The notes under the pieces were generated by a model. It was not told where the DNA came from, searched no databases, and saw only the letters and a program-made list of their open reading frames with translations. Position numbers and translations under genes: made by a program. From Acaryochloris marina S15 (GTDB lineage Bacteria; Cyanobacteriota; Cyanobacteriia; Thermosynechococcales; Thermosynechococcaceae): a stretch of 32,000 bases of DNA. This document shows, piece after piece, positions 9,649 through 18,651 of the stretch; within the stretch, counting starts at the first letter, position 1; each line of letters starts with the position of its first letter. The stretch covers positions 4,770,001 to 4,802,000 of the forward strand of contig NZ_CP064923.1 in the NCBI RefSeq assembly GCF_018336915.1, read 5' to 3'.

Positions 9649-10251
9649 TCACTCAGATCCAGGTGACAACCAAGGCGTTGTACGCTCTAGCGGGCACCAC
9701 CGATCGTCAATAAGATGCGTTTCAATATCATAGACATCCCTAGTCGATACAATCAGCTCATCCTCATCCCACCGATCAATCAGTGCTATCACATCTGATT
9801 TTTGGACTGTACCAATGGAAATGGATGATTGGTGAGGACTGCCCACAGCAAACTGTAGGGCAACATCAAGATTGAGAGTCCATGAGATGCCCTGTAGTAA
9901 AGGATGATCATGGCCGCGGAATATCATCAATTCGTCTGATAATACCGCCAGTTTTTCCTGTTCGGCAGACGTCATCATATTGTGAACATGCTTGCTAAGT
10001 GGTAAATCAACCATAGTACCTAGCATTAATTCAAGAAATGATGATGATTGCCCCAGTGACTCAGGATTTGTCCAAATTTGGCCTAGCATTCTGAAGTATT
10101 CAGGATCTCGCTCTGGGAAATCAGGCTTATTTAATTCTTCAATACAAAATTTTAGAATTCGCTCCACGACTTCTAAATGAGGGTAATAAGATTGCCACAA
10201 ATATAGTCCGCGATCTCTTTTGTGCTTTGCCTTTTGATCTTGGTAAACCTT
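9649..10251 (-). pseudogene. C-terminal fragment (~200 codons) of an orphan ORF split by the IS1634-family element
   Basis: The track ORF (9649-10200) starts at a TTG. The same frame stays open for 17 more codons up to the IS boundary at 10251, so there is no independent start signal. Confidence 0.6.
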
Positions 10252-10257
10252 ATTAAT
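10252..10257. repeat. ATTAAT, left copy of probable 6-bp target-site duplication
   Basis: Identical hexamer abuts both IS termini. As I recall, 5-6 bp duplications are usual for IS1634-family elements. Confidence 0.5.
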
Positions 10258-10320
10258 CCGACATTCAGCAGGTACTAACCATCAAGGGATAATTTTGAGG
10301 TTGTCTCTCAACGCAAGTCC

Positions 10321-12003
10321 ATGTATTCACCTCAAGAGATAGACGTTCAGGATATTGACCATCTCGGTATTATTGCCGGTATCGTCGATGAGATCGGCAT
10401 TGTCGAAATAGTGGATCGATTATTAGGTACTCACGAGCAAGAGAATGTTAGTTGTGGTCAAGTTGTCAAAGCCCTGATTCTAAATGGTATGGGCTTTTTG
10501 AGTGCTCCATTGTACTTATTTAGTGAGTTTTTCGAAAGCAAAGCAACCGAGCACTTACTCGGTCAAGGTGTACTGCCAGAGCACCTCAACGATACCCGTA
10601 TCGGTCGAGTCCTCGACAAGCTCTATGCCTATGGTGTGACCCAGATATTTATCCATGTGGCAATGGCAGTCGTTCAGAAATTCGATGTAGCTCTAAGGTG
10701 TGCGCATCTAGATGCGACAAGCCTTAGTGTTGAGGGGCAATACTTAGATAAACCACAGGTTGAGGCGTCAGACGAATCCCCCTCTGCACCTGAGTCCCCC
10801 TCCCCTGCACTGGCTGAATCAGAGGAGCCGATACCCGTGAAAATCACCTACGGCTACTCACGGGACAATCGTCGTGATCTCAAGCAGTTTGTATTGAACC
10901 TACTGGTGAGTGGGGACGGGGGTATTCCTTTATTTTTACAAGTGGGCAACGGTAATGATGCGGACAAAAGTACGTTTGTGCCTATCATCCATGAATTTAA
11001 GCAACAGTGGAGTCAGCAACAGCCAGAGGTGATTGTTGCTGATAGTGCCCTCTACAGTGCCGACAATCTGCAAGCATTAGGAAGTACATCTTGGATTAGC
11101 CGAGTTCCAGCAAGTTCAACGGCAGCCCAAGACTTATTACAAGGGCTGCCGGGTTCACAGTTTCACCCCAGTGCTCTCAACGGCTATAGCTTTGTCGAAG
11201 TATGTAGTACCTATGGAGAGATTCAACAACGGTGGCTGGTGGTTGAAAGTAAAGCTCGCAGAGACTCTGGACTCAAACAAGTGCAAAAGCGGATTGATCA
11301 GGCGTTTAGCCAAAAAACTACTGCACTTAAAACCCTCTGCAAACAGACCTTCTTGTGCCCTGCAGATGCTTTAGCTGCAGCCCAAGATTTTGGCAAAATC
11401 CTCAGGTATCACACCCTTGACGATCTCAAAATCCACAAAAAACCTCATTATTCAAAGGCTGGACGACCGACAAAAGCAACGGTTGTGACTCACTACACCT
11501 ATTCTATTGAGGCTACCTTAACCCTCAATGAGCCAGTCATCGAACGCTATCGGCGGCAAGCAGGTCGTTTCATCTTAGCCACCAATCTCTTGGAACAAGA
11601 GCAATGGAGCAATGATGATATTCTGCGCGAGTATAAGAACCAGCAGGCGTGTGAAGGAGGCTTTCGCTTTATCAAAGATCCACTCTTCTTTGCCTCTAGT
11701 GTTTTCCTGAAGACACCTCGGCGTATCGCTGCCTTAGCCATGATCATGGCCTTGTGTTTGATGGTCTACAGCTTAGGACAACGACAGTTAAGAAATGCAC
11801 TAGAACAAGTACAAACAACTCTCCCTAATCAGAAGGGGAAACAAACTATGAAACCTACGTTACGTTGGATTCTCCAATGCTTTCAGGCCGTCCATTTAGT
11901 TTGGCTTGATGGTGCCAAGCATCTCATCAAGCTCAACAGCAGGCAGCAACTTATCTTGCCGTTCCTTGGGAAGGGCTGTAAAAAATATTATCTGCTCTGC
12001 TAG
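10321..12003 (+). CDS. IS1634 family transposase
   Basis: 560 aa. The N-terminus (IDHLGIIAGIVDEIGIVEIVD) resembles the DUF4277 domain found on IS1634/IS4-like transposases, followed by a DDE-type core. Confidence 0.9.
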   Translation: MYSPQEIDVQDIDHLGIIAGIVDEIGIVEIVDRLLGTHEQENVSCGQVVKALILNGMGFLSAPLYLFSEFFESKATEHLLGQGVLPEHLNDTRIGRVLDKLYAYGVTQIFIHVAMAVVQKFDVALRCAHLDATSLSVEGQYLDKPQVEASDESPSAPESPSPALAESEEPIPVKITYGYSRDNRRDLKQFVLNLLVSGDGGIPLFLQVGNGNDADKSTFVPIIHEFKQQWSQQQPEVIVADSALYSADNLQALGSTSWISRVPASSTAAQDLLQGLPGSQFHPSALNGYSFVEVCSTYGEIQQRWLVVESKARRDSGLKQVQKRIDQAFSQKTTALKTLCKQTFLCPADALAAAQDFGKILRYHTLDDLKIHKKPHYSKAGRPTKATVVTHYTYSIEATLTLNEPVIERYRRQAGRFILATNLLEQEQWSNDDILREYKNQQACEGGFRFIKDPLFFASSVFLKTPRRIAALAMIMALCLMVYSLGQRQLRNALEQVQTTLPNQKGKQTMKPTLRWILQCFQAVHLVWLDGAKHLIKLNSRQQLILPFLGKGCKKYYLLC

Positions 12004-12022
12004 CTAGCCTGCTGAATGTAGG

Positions 12023-12028
12023 ATTAAT
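12023..12028. repeat. ATTAAT, right copy of probable 6-bp target-site duplication
   Basis: See the left copy. The direct identity actually extends to 9 nt (ATTAATCCG at 10252-10260 and 12023-12031). Confidence 0.5.
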
Positions 12029-12181
12029 CCGCCCATAGAACCTTGGAGCGTTCGCCCATTCAAAATCTACTAGAGGATGGTGGAGTCCATCCTCAGATAG
12101 ATAAGGCTGAAGATCAGGATGTAAACTTGGCAGCCTATAAGTTTGGAGAACTTGATTGATATCGGGTCTTGGTGACGACAT
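12029..12181 (-). pseudogene. N-terminal fragment (51 codons, ATG start) of the ORF split by the IS1634-family element
   Basis: From the ATG at 12181, codon 51 ends exactly at 12029. The track ORF 11951-12181 continues only by reading through the IS terminal repeat. Confidence 0.55.
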
Positions 12182-12458
12182 CTTTATGGTTTGAGAGTTA
12201 GTTCAGATACTCATTTGATGCTAACTCGACATACCTCCGTTCACCTTCTTCTGGTCATCCCACATACAGGTCAGGTATAAAGCGGTTCAGCCATTCTGCT
12301 GAGCATCCCAATTTATAGCAATGCAATGGTCGGGCAATCATAGATGACGGGCTGCATAGAAATTGACCGCAAGATTGTGACAGTACCGCAACAGGTTGAT
12401 AGTGGCATTTAAAAGGTTTTCCTAAGCTGAGATTGTCTTGACTTAGGAGAGCAACATT

Positions 12459-13082
12459 ATGCAATTACTCGTTTTCGGGGCAACAGGAAGCGTGGGTCGC
12501 CATGTAGTTGAACAAGCCTTGGCTCAGGGGCACACCGTTACAGCCTTTGCCCGTAATCCCCAGAAATTTGATATTCAGAACCCTCATCTCAAGCTTTTTC
12601 AGGGCGATGTCATGGATTTCCCAACTGTTGTGAGGGCAATGCAAGGGCAAGATGCTGTGCTCTGTTCTCTGGGAGCCGGTCGAAATGGAGTGATTCGCTC
12701 TGAAGGTACTCGGCATATTGTCCAGGCAATGGAGAATGCCTCTATATCACGTCTGATTTGTCAGACCACATTAGGGGTTGGTGATAGCCGAAGCAATCTA
12801 GATTTCTTTTGGAAATACATCATGTTTGGGCTGCTATTGCGGCCTGCCTATGCGGATCATGTGACCCAAGAAACCTACGTCAAACAAAGCAATTTGGACT
12901 GGACTATCGTCCGTCCTGCAGCATTTACGGACAAGCCTCAAACGGAAGCCTATCTGCATGGCTTTCCAGCCGATCAACAAGGGCTAACCCTCACCATTTC
13001 TAGAGCCGATGTAGCCGACTTTATGCTGCAGCAATTGCAAGACCCTACCTATTTACACCAAACACCAGGCTTGTCCTATTAA
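12459..13082 (+). CDS. NAD(P)H-binding SDR-type oxidoreductase (biliverdin/flavin reductase B-like)
   Basis: 207 aa with the N-terminal Rossmann motif LVFGATGSVGRHVVEQAL, and the length and layout of the NAD(P)-binding NmrA/BVR-B-like family. Confidence 0.85.
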   Translation: MQLLVFGATGSVGRHVVEQALAQGHTVTAFARNPQKFDIQNPHLKLFQGDVMDFPTVVRAMQGQDAVLCSLGAGRNGVIRSEGTRHIVQAMENASISRLICQTTLGVGDSRSNLDFFWKYIMFGLLLRPAYADHVTQETYVKQSNLDWTIVRPAAFTDKPQTEAYLHGFPADQQGLTLTISRADVADFMLQQLQDPTYLHQTPGLSY

Positions 13083-13129
13083 CCACAGTCTATCTTCGTC
13101 GAATTGATGTATTCAGTAGGAGAATCACC

Positions 13130-13621
13130 ATGTCAAATCAACTTCTTTTTTCCATCAAATTGTTCTCGATTCTAGGCTGTGGACTGGTTGCTGGGATGTT
13201 CTTTGCTTTCTCAACCTTTGTGATGCTTGCCTTGGAGCAACGACCACCCGCTGAAGGGATTGCGGTCATGCAAGCCATTAATATCACAGTGATCAATCCT
13301 TGGTTTATGGTCGCGTTTCTCGGAACGGCTGTCACTTGCCTGGGTCTGGCGATTTCTTCACTGATGCAGTGGCAACAACTGGGGTCTGCCTATCTGCTAA
13401 TGGGAAGCCTGTTATACCTGATCGGCACTCTATTCGTCACCATGCGGTTTAACGTGCCAATGAACGATGCCCTAGCGATTGTTCAACCCAATAGCCCTGA
13501 TGCAGTTGGTCTTTGGAACCACTACCTGACCCAATGGACATTCTGGAATCATATCCGCACTGCTGCTGCTCTAGCTGCAACAGCATCACTAACCCTCGCC
13601 CTGAGAGCACCCCAGTTATAA
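13130..13621 (+). CDS. DUF1772 (anthrone-oxygenase-like) membrane protein
   Basis: 163 aa with four hydrophobic helices and the motif pattern N.PMNDAL...W..W..WNHIRT that I associate with DUF1772. Confidence 0.75.
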   Translation: MSNQLLFSIKLFSILGCGLVAGMFFAFSTFVMLALEQRPPAEGIAVMQAINITVINPWFMVAFLGTAVTCLGLAISSLMQWQQLGSAYLLMGSLLYLIGTLFVTMRFNVPMNDALAIVQPNSPDAVGLWNHYLTQWTFWNHIRTAAALAATASLTLALRAPQL

Positions 13622-13743
13622 ATGCTCAGATATGGCTTACTCCCATCCCAGCATAAGATTGGGTATTCAGATTCTTGATAAATAAGAATTTCAATGATAT
13701 TTAGATGCACGATCTTATGGCGGGAAGGGAGTAAAAAGTGCTA

Positions 13744-14661
13744 TTAAGCCTTCTGAACTGCAGCTTCTTTGGCACCCAATTGAGAATCTTCTTCTACCAC
13801 CTCAGTCGACCCTCGCAATTTTGGATCTAATGCATCTCGCAAGGCATCACTGACAACATTTAAGGCATAAATAATCAAGAACATAGTAAATACAACCCCC
13901 GCCAAGGGCCACCAGATCCCCTGAACTAATTCCCCGGTTGCATCCGAAATCATAGACCCCCAACTGGCTCCATCTTGAATACCTACGCCCAAAAAGGTCA
14001 GAATCACTTCTGATTTGATTGCCCCAAGAATTTGGAGAGAGGCACTGATAATCGCTAAATGTACAACGTTGGGCAGAATATGCCTAAAAATGATCTGCAG
14101 GTCGTTGGCACCAATGACTCGTGCTGCAGCTACATATTCAAGATTGCGGTTTTTGAGGACCTCACTCCGAATCAGGCGACACAGACCGACCCAACCGAGT
14201 AGCCCCATTGCCAGACAAATAGCAACTAGACCCTTGCCAATCACATAAGAGATAGCAATCACCATCAAAATATAAGGCACAGAACTGATGACGGTGTAGA
14301 GCCAAACAATACCCACATCCACTAAACCACCGTAATATCCAGCAACGGCTCCTAACGTCACTCCAAGGGGAACAGAGATACTGGTCACCAAGATGCCAAT
14401 CAGCATCGCCGTTTTGGTTCCAGCTAGAATTTTATATAGGACTGAGCGACCAAATATATCCGTGCCCAACAGTTTTGCGAGGCCTAGAGAAGGAGCTTCG
14501 TATCCTGTCGCTACCCGAGTTTGGTAATCGGGCAGCAGATTTAAGATACCTAGTAAAGCCACAAAAATATAAACAGCAATAATCCCCAAGCAGATGACGA
14601 CTAACTTTTGACGACTCAGCTTTTGGGCAGCGTCCCAATAGAGGTTATTAAAACGGGGCAT
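13744..14661 (-). CDS. Peptide/nickel ABC transporter permease (DppC/OppC-like)
   Basis: It has a binding-protein-dependent transport inner-membrane domain (EAA-like region YVAAARVIGANDLQIIFRHILPN). The start was moved to the ATG at 14661, which is preceded by GAGGA and avoids a 35-nt overlap with the upstream permease. Confidence 0.9.
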   Translation of the reverse strand: MPRFNNLYWDAAQKLSRQKLVVICLGIIAVYIFVALLGILNLLPDYQTRVATGYEAPSLGLAKLLGTDIFGRSVLYKILAGTKTAMLIGILVTSISVPLGVTLGAVAGYYGGLVDVGIVWLYTVISSVPYILMVIAISYVIGKGLVAICLAMGLLGWVGLCRLIRSEVLKNRNLEYVAAARVIGANDLQIIFRHILPNVVHLAIISASLQILGAIKSEVILTFLGVGIQDGASWGSMISDATGELVQGIWWPLAGVVFTMFLIIYALNVVSDALRDALDPKLRGSTEVVEEDSQLGAKEAAVQKA

Positions 14662-14668
14662 GGGTTCC

Positions 14669-15601
14669 TCAATGTAGTTTGACGCGCGGATCCACCGCAG
14701 CAATGAGCAAATCCGTCAGAAGATTAAACAGTGCATAGGTCATCGTGATATACATCGTCATCCCTTTGAGTACGGGGAAATCACCATTATTAATGGCTGT
14801 AATCATCAAATCGCCTAAGCCAGGAATACTAAAAAATCGCTCCATTAAGAACGAGCCCAATATTAAGAAGGGAACCGCCACGATAGTAAAAGTCAGGATG
14901 GGAATCATGGCGTTTTTGAGAATATGGATAAAGAGGATACTGCGTTCGCTTACCCCTTTAGCCCGAGCCGTACGAACATAATTAGCCTGCATCTCATTCA
15001 GAAAGATCGTTCTATAGATGCGCACATCTGGGCCAATGGATACCAGGATAATAATCAGCCACGGTAAGGCCAGATAAGGAAGTGCATCCCATCCTGGCGC
15101 ATAGCCATTGATGGGAAACCACTCAAACTCATAGGCCAGAAAATACTGCATGGCAATGATATAAACCAAGTAAGAGAAACTCATGGAAATCACCGCTGTG
15201 GCCGTTGAAAAGCGATCAATCCAGGTATCTCGGTAGTAAGCAATCATCATTGCGATCGCAATATTCAATACCAAACCAAAAACAAAAGGTGGTAGCGTCA
15301 AGCTCAGAGACACCAACGCCCCACTAGCAAACGCTTCACTCAAAACCTCGCCCGTAAAGTAAGACTCTCCATAATTAAAGGTGACAATTTGCCCCAGAAA
15401 GCTAATGAACTGCCTCCATAGGGGCTGATCCAATCCCCAAAGCGCTTCTAGATCCGCAATCGCTTGCGGTGTGGCATGTTGTCCTAAAGCCACTCTAACG
15501 GGGTCTTCCCCAGCAGCGGTGAATAACACAAAAACTAAAACAGCAACCCCAAAAATGGTGGGAATGATATAGAGGAGGCGGCGAATGATATACCCAACCA
15601 T
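14669..15601 (-). CDS. Peptide/nickel ABC transporter permease (DppB/OppB-like)
   Basis: 310 aa with the N-terminal MVGYIIRRLLYIIPTIFGV signature and EAA region YVRTARAKGVSERSILFIHILKNA. Its ATG overlaps the stop of the SBP gene (TAATG), suggesting translational coupling. Confidence 0.9.
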   Translation of the reverse strand: MVGYIIRRLLYIIPTIFGVAVLVFVLFTAAGEDPVRVALGQHATPQAIADLEALWGLDQPLWRQFISFLGQIVTFNYGESYFTGEVLSEAFASGALVSLSLTLPPFVFGLVLNIAIAMMIAYYRDTWIDRFSTATAVISMSFSYLVYIIAMQYFLAYEFEWFPINGYAPGWDALPYLALPWLIIILVSIGPDVRIYRTIFLNEMQANYVRTARAKGVSERSILFIHILKNAMIPILTFTIVAVPFLILGSFLMERFFSIPGLGDLMITAINNGDFPVLKGMTMYITMTYALFNLLTDLLIAAVDPRVKLH

Positions 15602-17415
15602 TACTTCAGTCCTTCAGCCTTCATTTCTGTATCAATATCCAGAAATTTAGCAGTCGATCCCAACATCAGGTTCGGCTTGGAATTCAGCAGCCATTTCTGG
15701 CGCATCCCTACACTAATAGGTGCTTTCAAAAAGACCACTGGAACATCTGCTTTCAGTAACAACGCCATCTTTTCAATAATCTGATTACGCTCTGATCCGG
15801 CAGGCATCCGTCGCATCTGCTCATACAGTCGATCAAATTCAGGGTTTTGGTAAGAGCCATCATTGGGTCCCGGCGCTTTATTAGGACCATAGAAGAGTTG
15901 ATAGAAGTTCTCGGCATCGGGATAGTCGGCTCTCCACCCCCCACTGGCTAGCTGAAAACTGCCTCCTTCCTTACGACCTAAATAGTCAGAGAAGGATAGA
16001 AATTCACCCTTTAACTGAATGCCAGATTTAGCCAGTTGCGCCCGCAGAAACTCATGATTCTGACGGGTAATATTATCTTGTGATCCATATAGGATAACGA
16101 CAGGAGGAAGTCCTTTCCCCTCTGGATATCCAGCTTCTTTTAACTTGGCTTTGGCCTTTTGCAAGTTGTGAGAATACCATTGGACCGAAACGGACTGCTC
16201 ACTCCCCGCAATCGGTAGCGGCACGATGGTATTAAGGGTATGGCCACGACCATTTTCCATTTTCTCAATATAGGCTGGAGTATCCAGGGCATAGGCTAAG
16301 GCTTGACGTAGCACCTTATTTTGGCCAAAGACTTTATCTCTAAAGTTAATAGTGATGTAAAAAGAGGAGAGTGCATCAACGGAGGAAATATTAAATTGCT
16401 TAGCAAACTTACCCTTGAGCTGAAACTCATTGCTCACTTTTTCAGCCATTTTGGTGAAATTATCCCGATCAATACCAATGGAGTCCAACTCTCCACTCAG
16501 AAATTTGAGCATTCGAGGCTGCGCTTCTTCGATCAGGGGAATTCGAACTTCGTCAACAAAAGGGAGCTGTTCTCCTGCGTTGGTGAGTAGACCCTGGCTT
16601 TGATCGTCCGGATCTCCTTCAGTGGGATAGGTGCCATGGTAGTTGGGGTTTTTCTTAAGCACCATCACCCCTTTGCGCGGATTTTTAGCCAAGGTAAAGG
16701 GGCCAGTCCCGACAGCATGATGTTCTAATTTACGGCCATACTTCTCAACGGCTTCCTTTGGCACAATCGACAATGCATTGGTAGCAAAAGACATGAGTAA
16801 CAATGGATCAGGCTCAATCATCACAATCTTAAAGGTGTACTCATCGACCTTTTCTAGACCAGCAATATTCTCCTGGTCATAATCTAGATCCTTTTGTTGA
16901 CGGGTTTTTTCCCGAAACTCATCCAGCCCCTTAATTCGATTTTGAAGTAGTGCTGGATAACTTTGGGGATTGACGTTCACGTCTGCAAATCGCTTGATCG
17001 TGAACAGGACATCATCTGCTGTCAGTTCTCGCCCTTTCCCGCCTGAGAAACACGGATCATCATGAAACTTGATACCTTTGCGAAGTTTGAACGTGTAGGT
17101 GAGCTTATCCTCTCCTATCTCAGGCATAGACTCTAAAAGATTTGGGGTTAACTCATAGGGACGTTTGAGATAGTGATAGTCCAAGAGAGGGTCATAGATA
17201 TGACTAATGATTCGGGAAGATGCTGCATCAAACTGTTTAGGTGGATCGAGGCTCCTATAGACATCCCCCCGATAAGAATCCAATACTTTGACATCGGTAT
17301 TCCCCACACCGTCTCGTGGGCGACACCCAAGGGGCACTGCCACTGTGGCGATAAGTAAGGCAGACAAAACTAATTGGGGTGCTTTTTGCCAGATTGAAAT
17401 TCTCTGTACAGCCAT
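15601..17415 (-). CDS. ABC transporter substrate-binding protein, family 5 (peptide/nickel)
   Basis: About 604 aa counted from the ATG at 17415 (MAVQRISIWQKAPQLVLSALLIATVAVPLGC, which is lipoprotein-signal-like). The track's upstream start at 17466 is possible but adds a non-signal leader. Confidence 0.9.
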   Translation of the reverse strand: MAVQRISIWQKAPQLVLSALLIATVAVPLGCRPRDGVGNTDVKVLDSYRGDVYRSLDPPKQFDAASSRIISHIYDPLLDYHYLKRPYELTPNLLESMPEIGEDKLTYTFKLRKGIKFHDDPCFSGGKGRELTADDVLFTIKRFADVNVNPQSYPALLQNRIKGLDEFREKTRQQKDLDYDQENIAGLEKVDEYTFKIVMIEPDPLLLMSFATNALSIVPKEAVEKYGRKLEHHAVGTGPFTLAKNPRKGVMVLKKNPNYHGTYPTEGDPDDQSQGLLTNAGEQLPFVDEVRIPLIEEAQPRMLKFLSGELDSIGIDRDNFTKMAEKVSNEFQLKGKFAKQFNISSVDALSSFYITINFRDKVFGQNKVLRQALAYALDTPAYIEKMENGRGHTLNTIVPLPIAGSEQSVSVQWYSHNLQKAKAKLKEAGYPEGKGLPPVVILYGSQDNITRQNHEFLRAQLAKSGIQLKGEFLSFSDYLGRKEGGSFQLASGGWRADYPDAENFYQLFYGPNKAPGPNDGSYQNPEFDRLYEQMRRMPAGSERNQIIEKMALLLKADVPVVFLKAPISVGMRQKWLLNSKPNLMLGSTAKFLDIDTEMKAEGLK

Positions 17416-17548
17416 AAATTCAGACAACGCTACATAAACGACAAACCCATCAGAGGGAATCATCAAACCGTTGAGACAAGATTAATGGGAAGTTATGGTT
17501 TGATCAAATCTGAGTGTTCATTTAGATCGTATTGTGGCACCAATGCCC

Positions 17549-17576
17549 AAAAACCGCCCCTACTCATCGCAGGGGC
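17549..17576 (-). terminator. Rho-independent terminator of the SIMPL gene
   Basis: On the minus strand, GCCCCT-9 nt-AGGGGC (17556-17576) is followed by GGTTTTT (plus-strand A-run 17549-17553). It lies about 85 nt past the stop at 17660. Confidence 0.55.
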
Positions 17577-17659
17577 TATCCCAATATTTTCTGCTCATAG
17601 CAAATTATAGATGGGCCATCAAGTGATGCCGATCGGGAATAACTATCGCTAAAAGAGGC

Positions 17660-18424
17660 TTAGTATCTGATGTGTAGAGTGACCGAGGCCCTTACCGTTT
17701 GTTCACCTCCGACAACAGGGGTAGACGCGGCTTCTCCTCGCAACATGCTCGTTGTCTGAAATGGAACTGGGGGCGGCACAGGTGCATTAGCACCGTTAAT
17801 TTGAATACTAATGACGTCTTGGGGAGAGAGATTGAGCGCAGATAGTACAGCCCTGGCCTGAGCTTGGGCATCCTGAGTGGCCTTGGTTAAAGCTTGTTTT
17901 TGGGCCGTTGCGATCGCATCTTCTGTAGCAACAAACGATACGTTATCAATCCGGGACGCTCCTGCCTTCACGGTATCGTCCATCAAGGCTCCTGCTGATG
18001 CAATATCGACCCGAAAACTGACCACATTGCTCCCTCGATATCCCACTAGTCGCCGTTGACCGTTATTGGAGCTGTAGTTCGGCCTCAGATTAATCCCTGT
18101 TGTTTCCAGCTTGTCCACCTTGCGAGACTTTAAGAGAGAGACAACGGCAGCAGAACGGCTGGCGACCTGTTGCTGAACCACCTCGGCAGTTTTGCCTTGA
18201 ACCTCCACACCCAAGCGCACCTGTGCTTCAGTAGTCTGAATATTTTCAACCCCTTGCCCGGTGACTGACAGCACACGATACTGCCGTTCTGAAATCGTTG
18301 GCGGCTGGGGTTGGGCATAAATGGGTCCCGATAGCCCTAACAGAATCGTCACTCCTAAGAGGCCAGAGCAAGCAAAATGGCGGACGAAATAGCCTTGATG
18401 GTCAACAGAACGATCAGATTTCAT
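17660..18424 (-). CDS. SIMPL / DUF541 domain periplasmic protein
   Basis: 254 aa with a signal peptide and the SIMPL-type pattern (VTGQG...A.V.LGVE..G.TA......A......V...L........L.T.G..L.P.Y). Confidence 0.85.
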   Translation of the reverse strand: MKSDRSVDHQGYFVRHFACSGLLGVTILLGLSGPIYAQPQPPTISERQYRVLSVTGQGVENIQTTEAQVRLGVEVQGKTAEVVQQQVASRSAAVVSLLKSRKVDKLETTGINLRPNYSSNNGQRRLVGYRGSNVVSFRVDIASAGALMDDTVKAGASRIDNVSFVATEDAIATAQKQALTKATQDAQAQARAVLSALNLSPQDVISIQINGANAPVPPPVPFQTTSMLRGEAASTPVVGGEQTVRASVTLHIRY

Positions 18425-18651
18425 AGGGTCTTAGGTTGTGTAATTTAGAGATAAGAACAGCACTGTTGGCTTTGCTTAAGGGCAATTGTCATCCCCTCAA
18501 AGCTGTTAGTTTAGTTGTCTCCTAATATACTTTTTGGGTTCCTAGAAGGCTGTCCTCAAATAGCTCTGGACACTTGAATTGAGAGGCTCAGATAGCCAGA
18601 GCAAGATGATTTCAGAGTGCTAACGACAGTGAGTTAACAATTGTGGCGATA

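Larger units (their letters stand above)
10252..12028 (+). mobile_element. IS1634-family insertion sequence (outer bounds)
   Basis: Single 560-aa transposase ORF. The termini CCGACATTCAGCAGG (10258-10272) and CCTGCTGAATGTAGG (12008-12022) are inverted repeats matching at 14 of 15 positions. The flanking ATTAAT (10252-10257 and 12023-12028) is palindromic, so it is either a 6-bp target duplication or an extension of the IRs. Confidence 0.85.

Noticed and set aside
10246-12044. AACCTT on both sides of the IS1634-family element as a possible target duplication
   Set aside because: The right-hand copy is 10 nt away from the IS end, so this is a coincidence. ATTAAT, which abuts both ends, is the better candidate.
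9649-12181. Possible R / S-x-T / E-x-E ADP-ribosyltransferase triad in the IS-split protein (MIFRGHD ... ISWTLNLDVALQFA ... WDEDELIVSTRDV)
   Set aside because: The R-to-S spacing is only ~12 residues, against ~40-50 in the C3/VIP2-type ARTs I can recall. The match rests on three short motifs found by eye. It cannot be supported without HHpred or structure prediction, so the protein is left as an orphan.
11951-12181. 76-aa minus-strand ORF from the track
   Set aside because: It is not an independent gene. Its first 51 codons are the N-terminal fragment of the split gene, and the rest is read-through into the IS terminal repeat.
12421-12447. Hairpin CCTAAG-15 nt-CTTAGG partly covering the SD (TAGGAGAG) of the SDR gene
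   Set aside because: The stem is only 6 bp with a large loop, which is within chance expectation, so there is no basis for claiming translational control.
12255-12464. 69-aa minus-strand ORF upstream of the SDR gene
   Set aside because: It lies in a divergent promoter region, overlaps the SDR start, and has no motif.
9212-15251. HIP1-free stretches (9.2-15.2 kb, 22.2-26.3 kb, 26.9-32 kb) as evidence for horizontally acquired islands
   Set aside because: With a mean spacing of ~2.9 kb, gaps of 4-6 kb are not unusual, and the last gap includes the core gene gnd. This was used only as weak supporting context.
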